A model generated the notes under the pieces. The model saw nothing but the letters and a program-made list of their open reading frames with translations. It was not told the DNA's origin and ran no database searches. DNA of 64,000 bases, from the NCBI GenBank assembly GCA_964016885.1, contig OZ024743.1, positions 78,306,001 to 78,370,000 of the forward strand. Direction: 5' to 3'. Positions 12,388 to 24,474 of the stretch are shown piece by piece; the first letter of the stretch is position 1, and each line of letters starts with the position of its first letter. The DNA is from Eledone cirrhosa (lineage: Eukaryota). The translations under genes were made by a program, and so were the position numbers.

Positions 12388-12498
12388 GCTTTCTGATGAA
12401 GTGTGATAAATACTTAAGTATTGCATATGATTGAACAATATATGTTGTAGTCAGCATATGTAGACAATATAAATAGACACGGAAACATATGTTAAAGC
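12388..12498 (+). ncRNA. Type I hammerhead ribozyme with a large stem II insertion
   Basis: gcttt-CTGATGA-a-gtgt...acac-g-GAAA-catatg-TT-aaagc, then AATAAA; palindromic stem III. Confidence 0.6.
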
Positions 12499-12557
12499 AA
12501 ATAAATTCCTAATTTCCTTTCTCGCCGAAGCTTATAATTTTCTTGGTGCATTACTTG

Positions 12558-12649
<92 letters not shown>

Positions 12650-12880
12650 GAAACACACAGATACATGCGGACGCACACATATATACATGAATGCATCCGC
12701 GCCCAACTGTGAGTTAAGTGTGCCAACTTCACCGATGTTGCTCAATGAATGACTGGGACAGACCAATTCAGTTTGAACTAGACTGAACCAGTATCAGAGT
12801 TAAAAATACATTATGAAGAGAGAAGAAACATTTAGATATAATTAGTAATAAAATGTATCATACCTAAACTGTTCCTAAAT

Positions 12881-12968
12881 TCCTCGACTACGTAGTTTCG
12901 TGGCATAAACAAAAACAATATATCAAAGATATAGAGTCCTTGCGAGGTCTGCCGACTTATCAAGAGGA
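12881..12968 (-). ncRNA. Type I hammerhead ribozyme, U3-A8 variant (inverted copy)
   Basis: Reverse complement of 13193-13280. Confidence 0.75.
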
Positions 12969-13192
12969 TACCTCATTTTACTAGTCTCAAGAACGCGTCT
13001 ACACGACGTGAGAAAGAATCCCAAAAGGCGGAGGGGGAGATAGTCACGCGATATAACGGTCGAGAAACAGAGCTAAGCCTCTTATAACCACGAAGAACTC
13101 GCCGTTATATCGCGTGACTATCTCCCCCTCCGCCTTTTGGGATTCTTTCTCACGTCGTGTAGACGCGTTCTTGAGACTAGTAAAATGAGGTA

Positions 13193-13280
13193 TCCTCTTG
13201 ATAAGTCGGCAGACCTCGCAAGGACTCTATATCTTTGATATATTGTTTTTGTTTATGCCACGAAACTACGTAGTCGAGGA
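13193..13280 (+). ncRNA. Type I hammerhead ribozyme, U3-A8 core variant
   Basis: tcctc-TTGATAA-gt(c)ggca...tgccac-GAAA-ctacgtag-TC-gagga. Confidence 0.75.
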
Positions 13281-13783
13281 ATTTAGGAACAGTTTAGGTA
13301 TGATACATTTTATTACTAATTATATCTAAATGTTTCTTCTCTCTTCATAATGTATTTTTAACTCTGATACTGGTTCAGTCTAGTTCAAACTGAATTGGTC
13401 TGTCCCAGTCATTCATTGAGCAACATCGGTGAAGTTGGCACACTTAACTCACAGTTGGGTGCGGATGCATTCATGTATATATGTGTGCGTCCGCATGTAT
13501 CTGTGTGTTTCTAAATATATTAATAACTCCCTCTGGTCGAGCAATCTTTGAAGTGTGGGGACAACTGGAAAGCTTCCATTACTCATACTTCTCGCCTTCT
13601 TCACTACCTCTTCTACGGCCTCGATATGAATGCCCCCTCCGCCTCCGTGGTATTTTCTTCGTGGTTATAAGAGGCTTAGCTCTGTTTCTCGACCGTTATA
13701 TCGCGTGACTATCTCCCCCTCCGCCTTTTGGGATTCTTTCTCACGTCGTGTAGACGCGTTCTTGAGACTAGTAAAATGAGGTA

Positions 13784-13871
13784 TCCTCTTGATAAGTCGG
13801 CAGACCTCGCAAGGACTCTATATCTTTGATATATTGTTTTTGTTTATGCCACGAAACTACGTAGTCGAGGA
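13784..13871 (+). ncRNA. Type I hammerhead ribozyme, U3-A8 variant (second direct copy)
   Basis: Identical to 13193-13280. Confidence 0.75.
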
Positions 13872-14717
13872 ATTTAGGAACAGTTTAGGTATGATACATT
13901 TTATTACTAATTATATCTAAATGTTTCTTCTCTCTTCATAATGTATATATATATATATATATATAAATAAAATTAAAAAAATTAAGTCAAATATTTAAAA
14001 TTTGGCTTCGTTTATTAAAGATGTGCTGCTATATATAGTAATACAACCAACATATACTCAAAATTTTTATATATATATATATATATATAAACGAAGATTA
14101 TATATGAGGCACTTTGATGTGTCTTTCAAATTAGTCCACAGGCATTTTAATTCAAATATTGTCCACCCAAAGCACCAACAACAACAACCACAGAACCAAC
14201 AACAGCAACAAAAACAACCACTGGTCAAGTAGTATGTATGTTTATCATAGTTGTCTCTTGACAGGACAATGGTGGGAACTCCCAATAATAGGTAGTTTTA
14301 GAGGCGAGAACGCTCAGATTCGGTTTCGAATATTCACCAGGTAAAACATAGGAGTATTCGGTTACACATATATAGATTTCTTTATTTACCATAAAGGCAT
14401 AAAAAGAAGGGACAAATACAAAGGGGGAGTTTACATATAATCGAGTAAAAAGGGTGTAACATGAAAATAATCGAAAATAACCTCAAAAGGGAGGGGACGT
14501 GATGGGGGTTGCACACACCCCCGAAAAAGTGTGCAATCCTTTGCCCGGGGAGCACATGGAGAAGGTGCTCCCCTCTCCTTTACTTCTTTACCTACAGGAT
14601 GGTATACAGAGAAGGCCCATTTACACGAGCCATTCTCGCCACTATCACCCACCTTTCATAAAACTGCCTGTGGCCAAGCACCTCTCTCTCCATTCTTATC
14701 CTTCTTCCGAAGTGATA

Positions 14718-17700
14718 TCAGAAGAAGTAGACCAGACTATGGCCAGAGAGGAAGTTGCCTGACCTCAGACCTTTCAATCGTGTCCACCAAATAACCTCTT
14801 TCAACATGGCTATTACGCACAGAAAAACCGCCTTTGCTTCCTTTGTGAAGAGGGGAGGCGGTTTGATTGTCATCACGGACTCGGCGGTCAATTTAATCGG
14901 CGCCACCCGCGACAGCAGTCGTTCGGCGTAGCCCCACAGATCAGCCACGCCCGGACATTGCACCAATGCGTGCGCAACGGTTTCTTCGTGACGCACGCAT
15001 CTAGGGCAAATCTTTTTTGAGGGATCCCTGCCCGGGCGCCCGTGTTTGTAGAGCCTCTCTCGAACGGGTAGAGCCCCCCGGTAGCACTGCCAGGCCAGTG
15101 ACTTCTGGAAGTTGTCCATTGGTCCTGGGCCGAAAGTCCTACCGAACAGGCTGGCCAGTTCGTCTTCTTCCATGTCCAGCGACTCTCCAAGGGTGTCATC
15201 GCCCCTGCTAGCCACCAGCCCTCTATAGAATGCTGAGGTGGATTCTCCACCGATGGCCTGGCCCGCTTGCCAGAGAGCCCTGAGCGCCTGAGCACACTCA
15301 GTGTGCCAGTCTCCCAGTTTTCCGGATCTTTGCTTGACCCAGGACTGTAGCTCGGTGAGCGAGACGAGTCTCGGAAAGGCTCGTTTCACGAACGGAGCCC
15401 ACACCGGTTGACCAGTGAGGAATACCTGTAGGTGCCGTAGCCTTAATGCGTGCCTACGCATCATCAACCACGGCATCCCCAGCCCTCCTTTCGAAGGTTG
15501 TTGGCAGCAGATGGATCTTCTCACCATAGGAGGACGCTTCTTCCAAAGAAATTGGAAGAGCATGCGTTCCATGGTGGTGAGTGTTTCCTTAGGGCAAGGC
15601 ACGACAGTCAGGCGGTAGTAAGTGACGGACGCTATGTAAATGTTCGCCACCTCTGCCCGGCCTTTTAGGGACAGCTTACACTTGGCCCATTTCTGGGTTA
15701 GTGCAAACACCTTGTTCGTAACCTCGTTCCAGTTCTTTTCCACCTGGAGGTCCGGTCCAAACCAGACCCCAAGCAACTTTACCGGGCCCTCCGTCCAGTG
15801 TCCGACGACACCGTCAGGAGGCATCGGTCTGCCTCTCCACGTTCCGAGTTGCAGCCCGATGGATTTTTCCCGGTTCAGTTTCGCTCCTGACAACCTTTCG
15901 TACTCCTCCAGTAAGGTACCGATCGCCTCGATCTCCGAGTCGGTTGATACCATTACTGTTACGTCATCGGCGTAGGCCGACACCGCTTTGCTCAATCCTG
16001 GTTCCAGGGGGATACCCTGCAACAACTCCAACTTCCTCAGTAAAGGCTCGAGAGTCAATACGTACAGAAGGGAGGAGAGAGGGCACCCCTGTCGAATGGA
16101 TCGTGTGATTTCGAACGGCTTTGAGAGGTAGCCGTTCACCTTGATCCTAGAACAGATGTGGTTGCTATGTAGGGCAGTGATCCAGCCTCTGAAAACAGGA
16201 CCGAACCCAGCCGCCGCTAGCACCGCATCCAGGTAACCATGGTCGACCCTATCGAAGGCCTTAGACTGATCTAAGTTGATCAGGGCCCCACCGAAGCCGG
16301 GTTTGTTGCCAACCCTCTCTATGATGTATCGCATGAGGTGGAGGTTATCGTGAATGGACCTGGCTGGGATAGCACATGTCTGCGCATCTCCCACCAGGCC
16401 ACCCACGACAAGCGCCAACCTCTTTGCTAACACCTTGGCCAAAATCTTTAACTCTGTGTTTAGCAGGGTTATGGGCCGAAAATTATTTATATTATCCCCC
16501 TTGTTCTCGTCCTTCCTCACCAGCGTGACTACGCCCTTGGCTACAGAACAAGGAATTCTCCCGTTCTGCTGCCAATTGCAGTAGACCGCTTCGAGGAGTT
16601 CGGAGAAGAAGACCGGCATTGCTAAATAAAGTTCGTAAGGTATACCATCGAGACCTGGAGATTTGCGTCTTCTGCATTGGCTCAGCGCATCTCCGATCTC
16701 ATCAGCCGAGATTGATCCCTCGCAGGACTCTGCCTCTTCGTTCGAGAGACGCGACAGGCCGTCGAGGTATGGACCGAAATCCACGCCCCCGCCCGGACCC
16801 TCGCCTCCCCCGAACAATCGGGCAAAGTGCCTTTGAAAGGCCTCGCACATCTGCTTAGGCTCCCGGATCACCCGTCCATCTTCGTCTTGCAACGACCGGA
16901 TGGTGGATCGATTTCCACTCTTAGCTTCTGTCACGCGGGCCCATCCAACGGCTTTGGCCCCCTCATTACCTAGAGCACGTATTTTACTTCGAATGACGCA
17001 GCCTTCGTGCTTTGCATCGAAAAACTGGTTCAAGGCCGTCCTCGATGCCAGCACTCTGGCCACATCTTCGCTCTTGATTGCCTCTTCTAATTTATCTGTT
17101 AATTCTTTCTCGTTTCTATTCCTATCGGCAGCTAACATCTTGCTATAACTTATTGATTCTGTTCTAATCTCTCTTTTGAGAGATGCCCACCATCGGTTGT
17201 TGACGATTGCACCCGTCAACCTCTCCTTAACTAATCTGCTAATCCGGTTTCTGTAAGTCTCTTTTGCCGGTAAAGACAAATTAAGTTTCCAGTAACCGGG
17301 ACCCTGTCTATGTGTTTTCTCGAGATTGACCACGCAGGTCACTAATTTGTGATCCGTGTAGCCAACCGTGCGCATTTCTGAACAGCTTAATATGTCCCTA
17401 TCCTTACTTCTAACTAAGTATCTATCTAAGTACGATCTAGATTGACCACTGTGGTTTCTCCAAGTCCAGGTAGGCACAGTTGGAAAATCTAATCGATATC
17501 TATCGACCAAGTTAAAACGGTCGAGTAACCCCTTGAGGCTGTTACACCCCCCTCTATTAGGACATGCTCCTGCATACTCCCAACGTGCATCCAGGATGTC
17601 ATTCCAATCCCCCGCTAGAAGCAGGGAACGCGACGTTCCCAGAAAAGTCTCCAAACGCTGGAAGAAGTCGGGCCGTTCAGCTCCGAAAGGGGAGTAGACG

Positions 17701-18029
17701 GCGACCAGTCTCAAGGCCGCACTTTCACTACTGCCAACGTCTAGCACCAACAAACGACCCTCCGGGTCCGAGTGCACAGCCTGTACGGAAAGACCCAGGT
17801 ATTTTTGCAGCAGTACGACAACCCCACCCCCACCTCCAGGTTGACAGAGAGATGCATGCACCTCAAAGTCATTGAAGGTGGGGGCCAGCTGCCGCACGAC
17901 GCTGATTCGAGTCTCACAGATAACCATTACATTTATACTACATGACCTGAGGTCATTTAGAAGCTTTGCTTGCTTCCAAGTTGAGCCCAGGCCACGTGCA
18001 TTCAAACATCCTACTCTTAACACATCCAT
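14718..18029 (-). CDS. Tx1/L1 ORF2: APE endonuclease, reverse transcriptase, C-terminal Cys/His motif (1103 aa; premature stop ~40 aa early)
   Basis: LNARGL, GDWN, SYLDR, TDH; SPGLDG, FRPITLLN, DQSKAFDRV, QGCPLS, YADD; CPRC..ETVAHALVQC. Confidence 0.95.
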   Translation of the reverse strand: MDVLRVGCLNARGLGSTWKQAKLLNDLRSCSINVMVICETRISVVRQLAPTFNDFEVHASLCQPGGGGGVVVLLQKYLGLSVQAVHSDPEGRLLVLDVGSSESAALRLVAVYSPFGAERPDFFQRLETFLGTSRSLLLAGDWNDILDARWEYAGACPNRGGCNSLKGLLDRFNLVDRYRLDFPTVPTWTWRNHSGQSRSYLDRYLVRSKDRDILSCSEMRTVGYTDHKLVTCVVNLEKTHRQGPGYWKLNLSLPAKETYRNRISRLVKERLTGAIVNNRWWASLKREIRTESISYSKMLAADRNRNEKELTDKLEEAIKSEDVARVLASRTALNQFFDAKHEGCVIRSKIRALGNEGAKAVGWARVTEAKSGNRSTIRSLQDEDGRVIREPKQMCEAFQRHFARLFGGGEGPGGGVDFGPYLDGLSRLSNEEAESCEGSISADEIGDALSQCRRRKSPGLDGIPYELYLAMPVFFSELLEAVYCNWQQNGRIPCSVAKGVVTLVRKDENKGDNINNFRPITLLNTELKILAKVLAKRLALVVGGLVGDAQTCAIPARSIHDNLHLMRYIIERVGNKPGFGGALINLDQSKAFDRVDHGYLDAVLAAAGFGPVFRGWITALHSNHICSRIKVNGYLSKPFEITRSIRQGCPLSSLLYVLTLEPLLRKLELLQGIPLEPGLSKAVSAYADDVTVMVSTDSEIEAIGTLLEEYERLSGAKLNREKSIGLQLGTWRGRPMPPDGVVGHWTEGPVKLLGVWFGPDLQVEKNWNEVTNKVFALTQKWAKCKLSLKGRAEVANIYIASVTYYRLTVVPCPKETLTTMERMLFQFLWKKRPPMVRRSICCQQPSKGGLGMPWLMMRRHALRLRHLQVFLTGQPVWAPFVKRAFPRLVSLTELQSWVKQRSGKLGDWHTECAQALRALWQAGQAIGGESTSAFYRGLVASRGDDTLGESLDMEEDELASLFGRTFGPGPMDNFQKSLAWQCYRGALPVRERLYKHGRPGRDPSKKICPRCVRHEETVAHALVQCPGVADLWGYAERLLSRVAPIKLTAESVMTIKPPPLFTKEAKAVFLCVIAMLKEVIWWTRLKGLRSGNFLSGHSLVYFF

Positions 18030-18062
18030 GTGGGCGGCAGAGCCAAAGGAGAGTGTAGAGAC

Positions 18063-19752
18063 CTACCTTTCCGCTTCCCGGGGTTCGGGTTGCACGACTT
18101 CCATGGGGTCGGGGGTGTTGGGTGAAGGGGTGTCTTGTGGTGGTGTGGGGTCGTCAGTGTGTGGTGGGGTTGGGGTGTTTGGAATTGTGTTGGGGAGGGG
18201 AAGGGGAGGGGGAAAGCTTTTTAGTAGGACGCGGTTTATGGGTTTGACAGAGGGTGGTCCTACGTCCTCCTTAAAATCCTTTTTTAGTTTTTGGTAGAGG
18301 TTCATTGGGATCTTTATTAGTTTTAAATGTGGGTAGTTTTCTGACGAAACAAAGTTTACACCTTCGGTTTGTACCGAAGGATTATTGTATATGAGTTCAT
18401 TTAATTTATTATTGTTTCTGTTGATGTAAGTATAGTGTAATGTCTTTTTTTTCCGATGGTGTGAGTGTTTCGAAGAGGGGAGGGGCAGGTTTGGTTTTGT
18501 TTGTTGCTGGAGGGGTGTTTTCTGTTTTGTTGGATTGTGTTGAGATTTGGGTGGGGGTTGTTTGTCCTTGTGTGTTTTGCACATGTTTTCTTTTTTTCCT
18601 TTTAATCTGTCTGAAGGACTCCGTTTCTTCCTCCGAATTCGTTGGGTTATCTTCAGTGTTGGAGGGAAGAGGTATGTTTGCTGGTAATGTTTCCGTGTTG
18701 GTTTTCTTTGTGGGGGAGATGGATGTCACTATGTTAGACTGTGTTGTGTGTTGTGTCTGCGGTGGTTATGTTGTTTTATTGAGTGAGAGGTTGGGTGGGC
18801 CTGTATTTTGTTTTGGGGTAATGTGTTGTGACTGTTTGTGTTGTGGTGATGTTGTGGTTTTACTGAGGGACGGGTTGGGTGGGACTGAGTTTTGTTGTTT
18901 GTTTATCTGTTGTGGTGGTGGTGGTGGAGCTGGTGTTGGTAGCAGGGTTTTCTTTTTGTTGAGTTGGGGACAAGCGGCCTTCAGGTGCCCTCTGCCTGCA
19001 CAGATATGGCAGGACGGCCTTCTCCCCTCCACGCTAATGTTTATATACCCGTGGTCCTCTAATAGGATTCTGTCGGGTATTTGGGCGATGCGTTCAGGCT
19101 TCATTTGTACTACCAGCTCTATACCTGTTCCACTGAACGCATTGCCTGTGGTTTTCCTAATGGAAATCACGTTGTCATTCACTGGATCGATGAAGCCAGC
19201 TATGAGCCAGCAGTAGTCCACATCTGGCATCATTGCATCCAGCCATATGCGTTGAGTTCTTTTCCCCATATAAGGTGGATAAAAGGTGAAATTTTTCGAA
19301 CGAATCGGTGACAAAGCACATTTTTTTGCCGCCGATTCGTTCTTCATGATAATTGCTAGGCTTCCATACAGTCTGTCTTTTCTTATGAAAGTGGTTTCAT
19401 TAAGTACTTCTGTGAGTACTGTTTTGATATCTGCTTGAGAAGGCTGTTCAGGTTTTTTTGTACTGTTGTTGATGGTCCGAAACTTGACCGTTCGGCTTTC
19501 AATGTCTTTCGTGAATTCTTGAGGCATTTTTACCGATAAAATACCATTCTCTCCTTCACTTATGTATTGTTTGGCGTCCGTGATCCTTCGTACCACATCT
19601 GAAATGTTTTCCGCTATATAAGTCAAAGATTTCTTTGTTTTCTGTGCAAATGAAATCTTGTCGTCTGCTTTGTTTTCTGATATGGTGTTATTTTCAACTG
19701 TTATTTTTGTGTTTGTTGTGTCTTTGTTTGTGTTATTAGTATTGTCATGCAA
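18063..19752 (-). pseudogene. Tx1 ORF1 (gag-like, CCHC zinc knuckle), disrupted by stop/frameshift
   Basis: CHICAGRGHLKAAC in the 328-aa ORF; Pro/Thr-rich continuation in ORFs 18409-18729 and 18063-18584. Confidence 0.8.
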
Positions 19753-20289
19753 TTTTTCAAATTTTTTTTTTTTTCGTTGTTGGAATCCAAGTCCAGATTT
19801 GTGTTTTCGTCATTTAATTTTTTCTCCGCAGATTCGTCCGTTTTTATTTTAATTTTTCCTTCCTTCTCTATGACGTTAGTTGGGAAGGAAGGGAGGACTA
19901 AAGCGTGCGAGCTTACAACTCTTACCGCTGTCCCCCCACCACTATTTTCGTTCGCTGCGTTTAACATTTCTGTTAGACGATTGAAATTTTTTACACAAAA
20001 TTTTTTAAAACAGGTTTTTCACCTCTAGGAGGGGTAAAGATGAGCTGACCCACCGCCTGACAGTTCAGACGGAGGGTCAAGCTACACAATTGTATCAAAA
20101 TTAAGTTTGAACTCACAAAATTTCCTCAATAAATTTGAACAAAACTTCTGTGCGAAGTGAATGACATCCACACTGTAGAACAGACGACAGCTAGATTGTA
20201 TTCGGTTACACATATATAGACAGACAGATAGATAGATAGATAAAGAGACAGGCAGACGGACGAACAGGTTGGTAAAGAAACAAAGATAA

Positions 20290-22443
20290 CTTTCTTTTTA
20301 TTTGCCACCAGGGCATCAAAGAGTGGGACAAGTACAATGGGGAGAGTTTACATAAAAAGGCGTCCTCACTAAGGAGGAGGCAATAACAAAATATAAAAAT
20401 AAAATAAAATATAACAAAAATAAATTTAATAACAAAATCCTCAATAGGGAGGAGGCGCCTTGAGGGGTCGCACACACCCCCGACAAAAGTGTGCAACCCT
20501 TCTCCTCAGGAGCACAGAGAGAGGGTGCTCCTTTGATCTTTCATCTTTCTCATCTACAGTCTAATGTAGAGTGAAGGCCCATTCACACGGGCCATTCTCG
20601 CCACTTTCACCCATATTTCATAGAAACGGCTGGGGTGTCTGACCATATTTCATAGAAACGGCTGGGGTGTCTGACCTCAGTCCTTTCAGACGCGTCCACC
20701 ATACAACCTCTTTCGCCATGGCTATTGCGCACAGAAACACCGCCTCTCCTTCGTTTTTGAAGAGAGGAGGCGGCTTGATCGTTATAATAGACTCGGTGGT
20801 CAACCGGATTTGTCCCACCCGTGACAGCAGTCGTTCGACATAGCCCCACAGATCGGCAATGCCCGAGTAGTGTACCAATGCGTGTGCAACGGTTTCCTCG
20901 TCGCACACGCATCTGGGACAGATCTTTTTCGAGAGGTCCCTACCCGGGCGCCCGTGTCTGTAGAGCCTTTCTCGAACGGGCAGAGCCCCTCGGTAGCACT
21001 GCCAGGTCAGGGACCTCTGGAAGTTATGTCCTACCGAACAGGTTGGCCAGTTCGTTTTCCTCCATGCCTAGGGCTTCTCCGAGGGCGTCGTCGCACCTGC
21101 TAACTACCAGCCCTCTATAGAAGACGAGGTGGATTCTCCACTGACAGCCGGGTCCGCTTCCCGGAGAGCCGTGAGCGCCTGGGCACGCTCGGTGTGCCAG
21201 GCGCCCAGTTTTCTCGGTCTTTGCTTGACCCAGGATTGCAGCTCGGTGAGTGAGACGAGTCTGGGAAAGGCTCGCCTCACAAACGGGGCCCACACCGGTT
21301 GACCGGTGAGGAATACCTGAAGGTGCCGTAGCCTCAATGCGTGTTTACGCATCATCGGCCACGGCATCCCCAGCCCTCCTTTCGAAGGGTATTGACAGCA
21401 GATGGATCTCCTCACCATAGGAGCCCGCTTCTTCCAAAGGAATTGGAAGAGTGCGCGCTCCATTTTGGCGAGCGTTTCCCTTGGGCAAGGCACGATGGTC
21501 AGGCGGTAGTAGATGACGGACGCTATATAAGTGTTCGCCACCTCCGCCCGACCTTTCAGGGACAGTTTGCACTCGGCCCACTTCTGGGTCAGTGCAAATA
21601 CCCTGTTCGTTACCTCACCCCAGTTCTTCTCCACCTGGAGGTTTGGTCCGAACCAGATCCCGAGCAACTTCACCGGGCCCTCCGTCCCGCGCCCGACGAC
21701 GCCATTGGAGGGCATCGATTTGCCCCTCCACGTGCCGAGTTGCAGACCGATCGACTTGTCCGGGTTCAGCTTAGCCCCTGTAAACCTTTCGTACTCCTCC
21801 AGTAAGGTGCCGATCGCCCCGATTTCCGAGGCCGTCGACACCATTACTGTTCCGTCATCGGTGTAGACCGACACCGCTTTCCGCAATCCCGGTTCCAACG
21901 ATTTCGAACGGCTCCGAGATGTAGCCGTTCACCTTGACCCTAGAGCAGATGCGGCTGCTGTGCATGGCAATGATCCAGCCCCTGAAAACGGGTCCGAAGA
22001 CTGCCGCCGCTAGCACCGCATCCAGGTAACCATGGTCGACCCTATCGAACTCCTTAGATTGATCCAAGTTGATCAGGGCCCCACCAAAGCCGGGTTCGTT
22101 CCCAACCATCTCTATGATGTATCGCATGAGGTAGAGGTTGTCGTGGATGGACCTGGACGGGATAGCACATATCTGCGCATCTCCCACCAGGTTGCCCACG
22201 ACAAGCGCCTTTGCTAGCACCTTGGCCAAAATCTGTAACTCTGTATTTAGCAGAGTTATGGGCCTGAAATTATTTATATCGTCCCCCTTGTTCTCGTCCT
22301 TCCTCACTAGCGTGACTACGCCCTTGGTCTCAGCACAGGGAATTCTCCCGTTCTGTTGCCAGTTGCAGTAGACCGCCTCGAGGAGATCGGGGAACAAGTC
22401 CGGCATAGCTAGATATAGTTCGTATGGAAGACCATCGAGACCC
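20290..22443 (-). mobile_element. 5'-truncated Tx1-like LINE (related subfamily) with an internal deletion of the QGCPLS region
   Basis: ORFs 21855-22688, 21104-21898 and 20618-20908 align with ORF2 of the full-length copy. Confidence 0.9.
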
Positions 22444-22652
22444 AAAGATAGGTAGACAATTAGGTTGGTAGACAGATAAATAGATATGTAGCAGACAGAC
22501 AGATAGATATATACATAGTAAATAAATATATACATAGATATATAGATAGGTATATATATAAATAGATCCTTAGCTAGATAGACAGATACATAGATACATA
22601 CATACAAATATACATATATAGATGGATATATATATACATATATATATATATA

Positions 22653-22844
22653 TAGGAAAAGCGTCAGAACCCCGACGGTAGAGCTCAAGCCGTTTCGACA
22701 GCTATTTCTAGGCAGCTATTTCGAAACGACTTGTACTCTGCCGTCGGGGTTCTGACTCTTTTCCTATTACCTACTCTACTACCCAAAGTATCGAGTACTC
22801 TGGGCCGTTATGGTCCACCTGGTTCTTTTTCACACTTCCTTCGT

Positions 22845-22845
<1 letters not shown>
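22653..22845 (+). repeat. Short inverted repeat (22653-22698 / 22721-22766), probable Penelope pLTR 3' remnant
   Basis: taggaaaagcgtcagaaccccgacgg...gtttcga versus tcgaaac...ccgtcggggttctgactcttttccta; begins at a GAAAC half-hammerhead. Confidence 0.45.
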
Positions 22846-22877
<32 letters not shown>

Positions 22878-23088
22878 GTTCAGAGATTAGTAGATAGATA
22901 GATACATACATACATTCACTGATAGCTGCATAGATGCAGTCATAGTTATATAGTTAGCAGGGTAAATATGTAGATGCATACATAGATCGGTGGACAGTTA
23001 TGTAGATAGACTTATAAACAGATTGATAGTTTTATTTGTTATTATTCTTCGAAGATGATACATATCCCTGCATAAATTCATATATATG

Positions 23089-24239
23089 TATCAAAATAAT
23101 GGAAACACCTTAACATTTCAAACAAATTTATTTTAATATGGGGTAGGACCGCCTTTGGCAGTAATTACAGCTTGAATTCTACGAGGTGAGGACTCCTACA
23201 AAGTTTGAATTATTTCCAAAGGAATTTTTGTCCATTCTTCAGCTAAAACAGTCTCCAGTTCTTGTAGTGATGATGGTGGAGGATATCGACTCCTTACTTG
23301 TTTTTCTAAAATGCACCATAAATGTTCAATAATATTGAGATCTGGGGACTGTGGTGGCCAGATAAGATGTTCAACTTCACTAGAATGTTCCTCGTGCCAT
23401 TCAGTAACAACTTTAGCTGTGTGAATTGGTGCATTATCATCCTGAAAGATTGCGTTTCCCTCCGGAAACAGTTCCGAAACCATAGGATGAATTTGATCAG
23501 ATAAAATGCTTAAATAGTCTTGACTATTAATTCTGCCATTGGCCTGGCGGATTTCCAAGATATAGCCCCTCAGATCATCACAGATCCTCCTCCATGTTTA
23601 ACAGTTGGGAGAAGGCAGTCTGGGTCAAATGCTTCTTTTGGCTGTCTCGACGGAAATAAGGTAAATGATGACTCGTCCGAGAAAATAACATTCTTCCACT
23701 GCTCTAGGGACCAATTCTGTAGGTTTTTACTCCACTCTAAACGCTTTGCAACGTTTGTTTTTGAAAGTAGTGGTTTTCTAATTGCAGCCCTCCCATGAAA
23801 TCCGGCTTTGTGCAGCTCCCGGCGAGCAGTTTTTGTTGGAACTGGGTTCTCGAGGTGGTCATTAAGCTCTGCAGTAATTTTGGGAGCTGTACTTTTGTGA
23901 TCCTTTCTAACAATTCGCGTAAGAGACCGACGGTCCCTATCTGAAAGTTTTGGTTTTCTTCCGGAGTTTTGTTTCGACAAGGAGGTTTTTCCCTCTTTCT
24001 CAAAGGCTGTCATTACTTTCGAGACAGTACTTCTTGATACACCAAACATTTCGGCTGTTTTCGTTACGCTGGCACCTGCCATACGAGCACCAACAATTTG
24101 ACCTCTTTGAAAGTCCGATAGATCTGTCATTTTAATGAATTTTAATTACCTTTTTCTGTATGATATCTGAAAAGAAACAGCAATTTTAACAAAAAATATT
24201 AAGCAACACTAATAATAAATCAAAAAACATATTTTGTCC

Positions 24240-24240
<1 letters not shown>
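23089..24240 (-). mobile_element. Tc1-like DNA transposon, DD36E transposase with frameshift (24130-23570, 23558-23196)
   Basis: Paired-like HTH, SGRKPKL, FSDES, VKHGGGSVM, FQDDNAPIH, WPPQSPDLNIIE. Confidence 0.9.
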
Positions 24241-24334
<94 letters not shown>

Positions 24335-24474
24335 ATACTGTATTATACGTACTTATATATTATATGTATATATATATTATATATTATATGTATATATATA
24401 TTATATATTATATATATATTATATTATATTATATATATATATTATATATATTATATATATATATATATAGTATA

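Larger units (their letters stand above)
12641..13944. mobile_element. Fold-back (12641-13059 / 13102-13520) plus 591-bp direct repeat; pLTR/retrozyme-like, three hammerhead copies
   Basis: Near-perfect ~420-bp inverted arms; 13102 onward repeats at 13693; hammerheads at 12881-12968(-), 13193-13280(+), 13784-13871(+). Confidence 0.85.
14377..20197 (-). mobile_element. Full-length Tx1/L1-clade non-LTR retrotransposon with 23-bp target-site duplication
   Basis: gtattcggttacacatatataga at 14354-14376 and 20198-20220; ORF1 and ORF2 inside. Confidence 0.9.

Noticed and set aside
14718-14720. TGA in Tx1 ORF2 as a possible selenocysteine or readthrough codon
   Set aside because: A related copy has Lys at this position and I see no SECIS; a simple nonsense mutation is more likely
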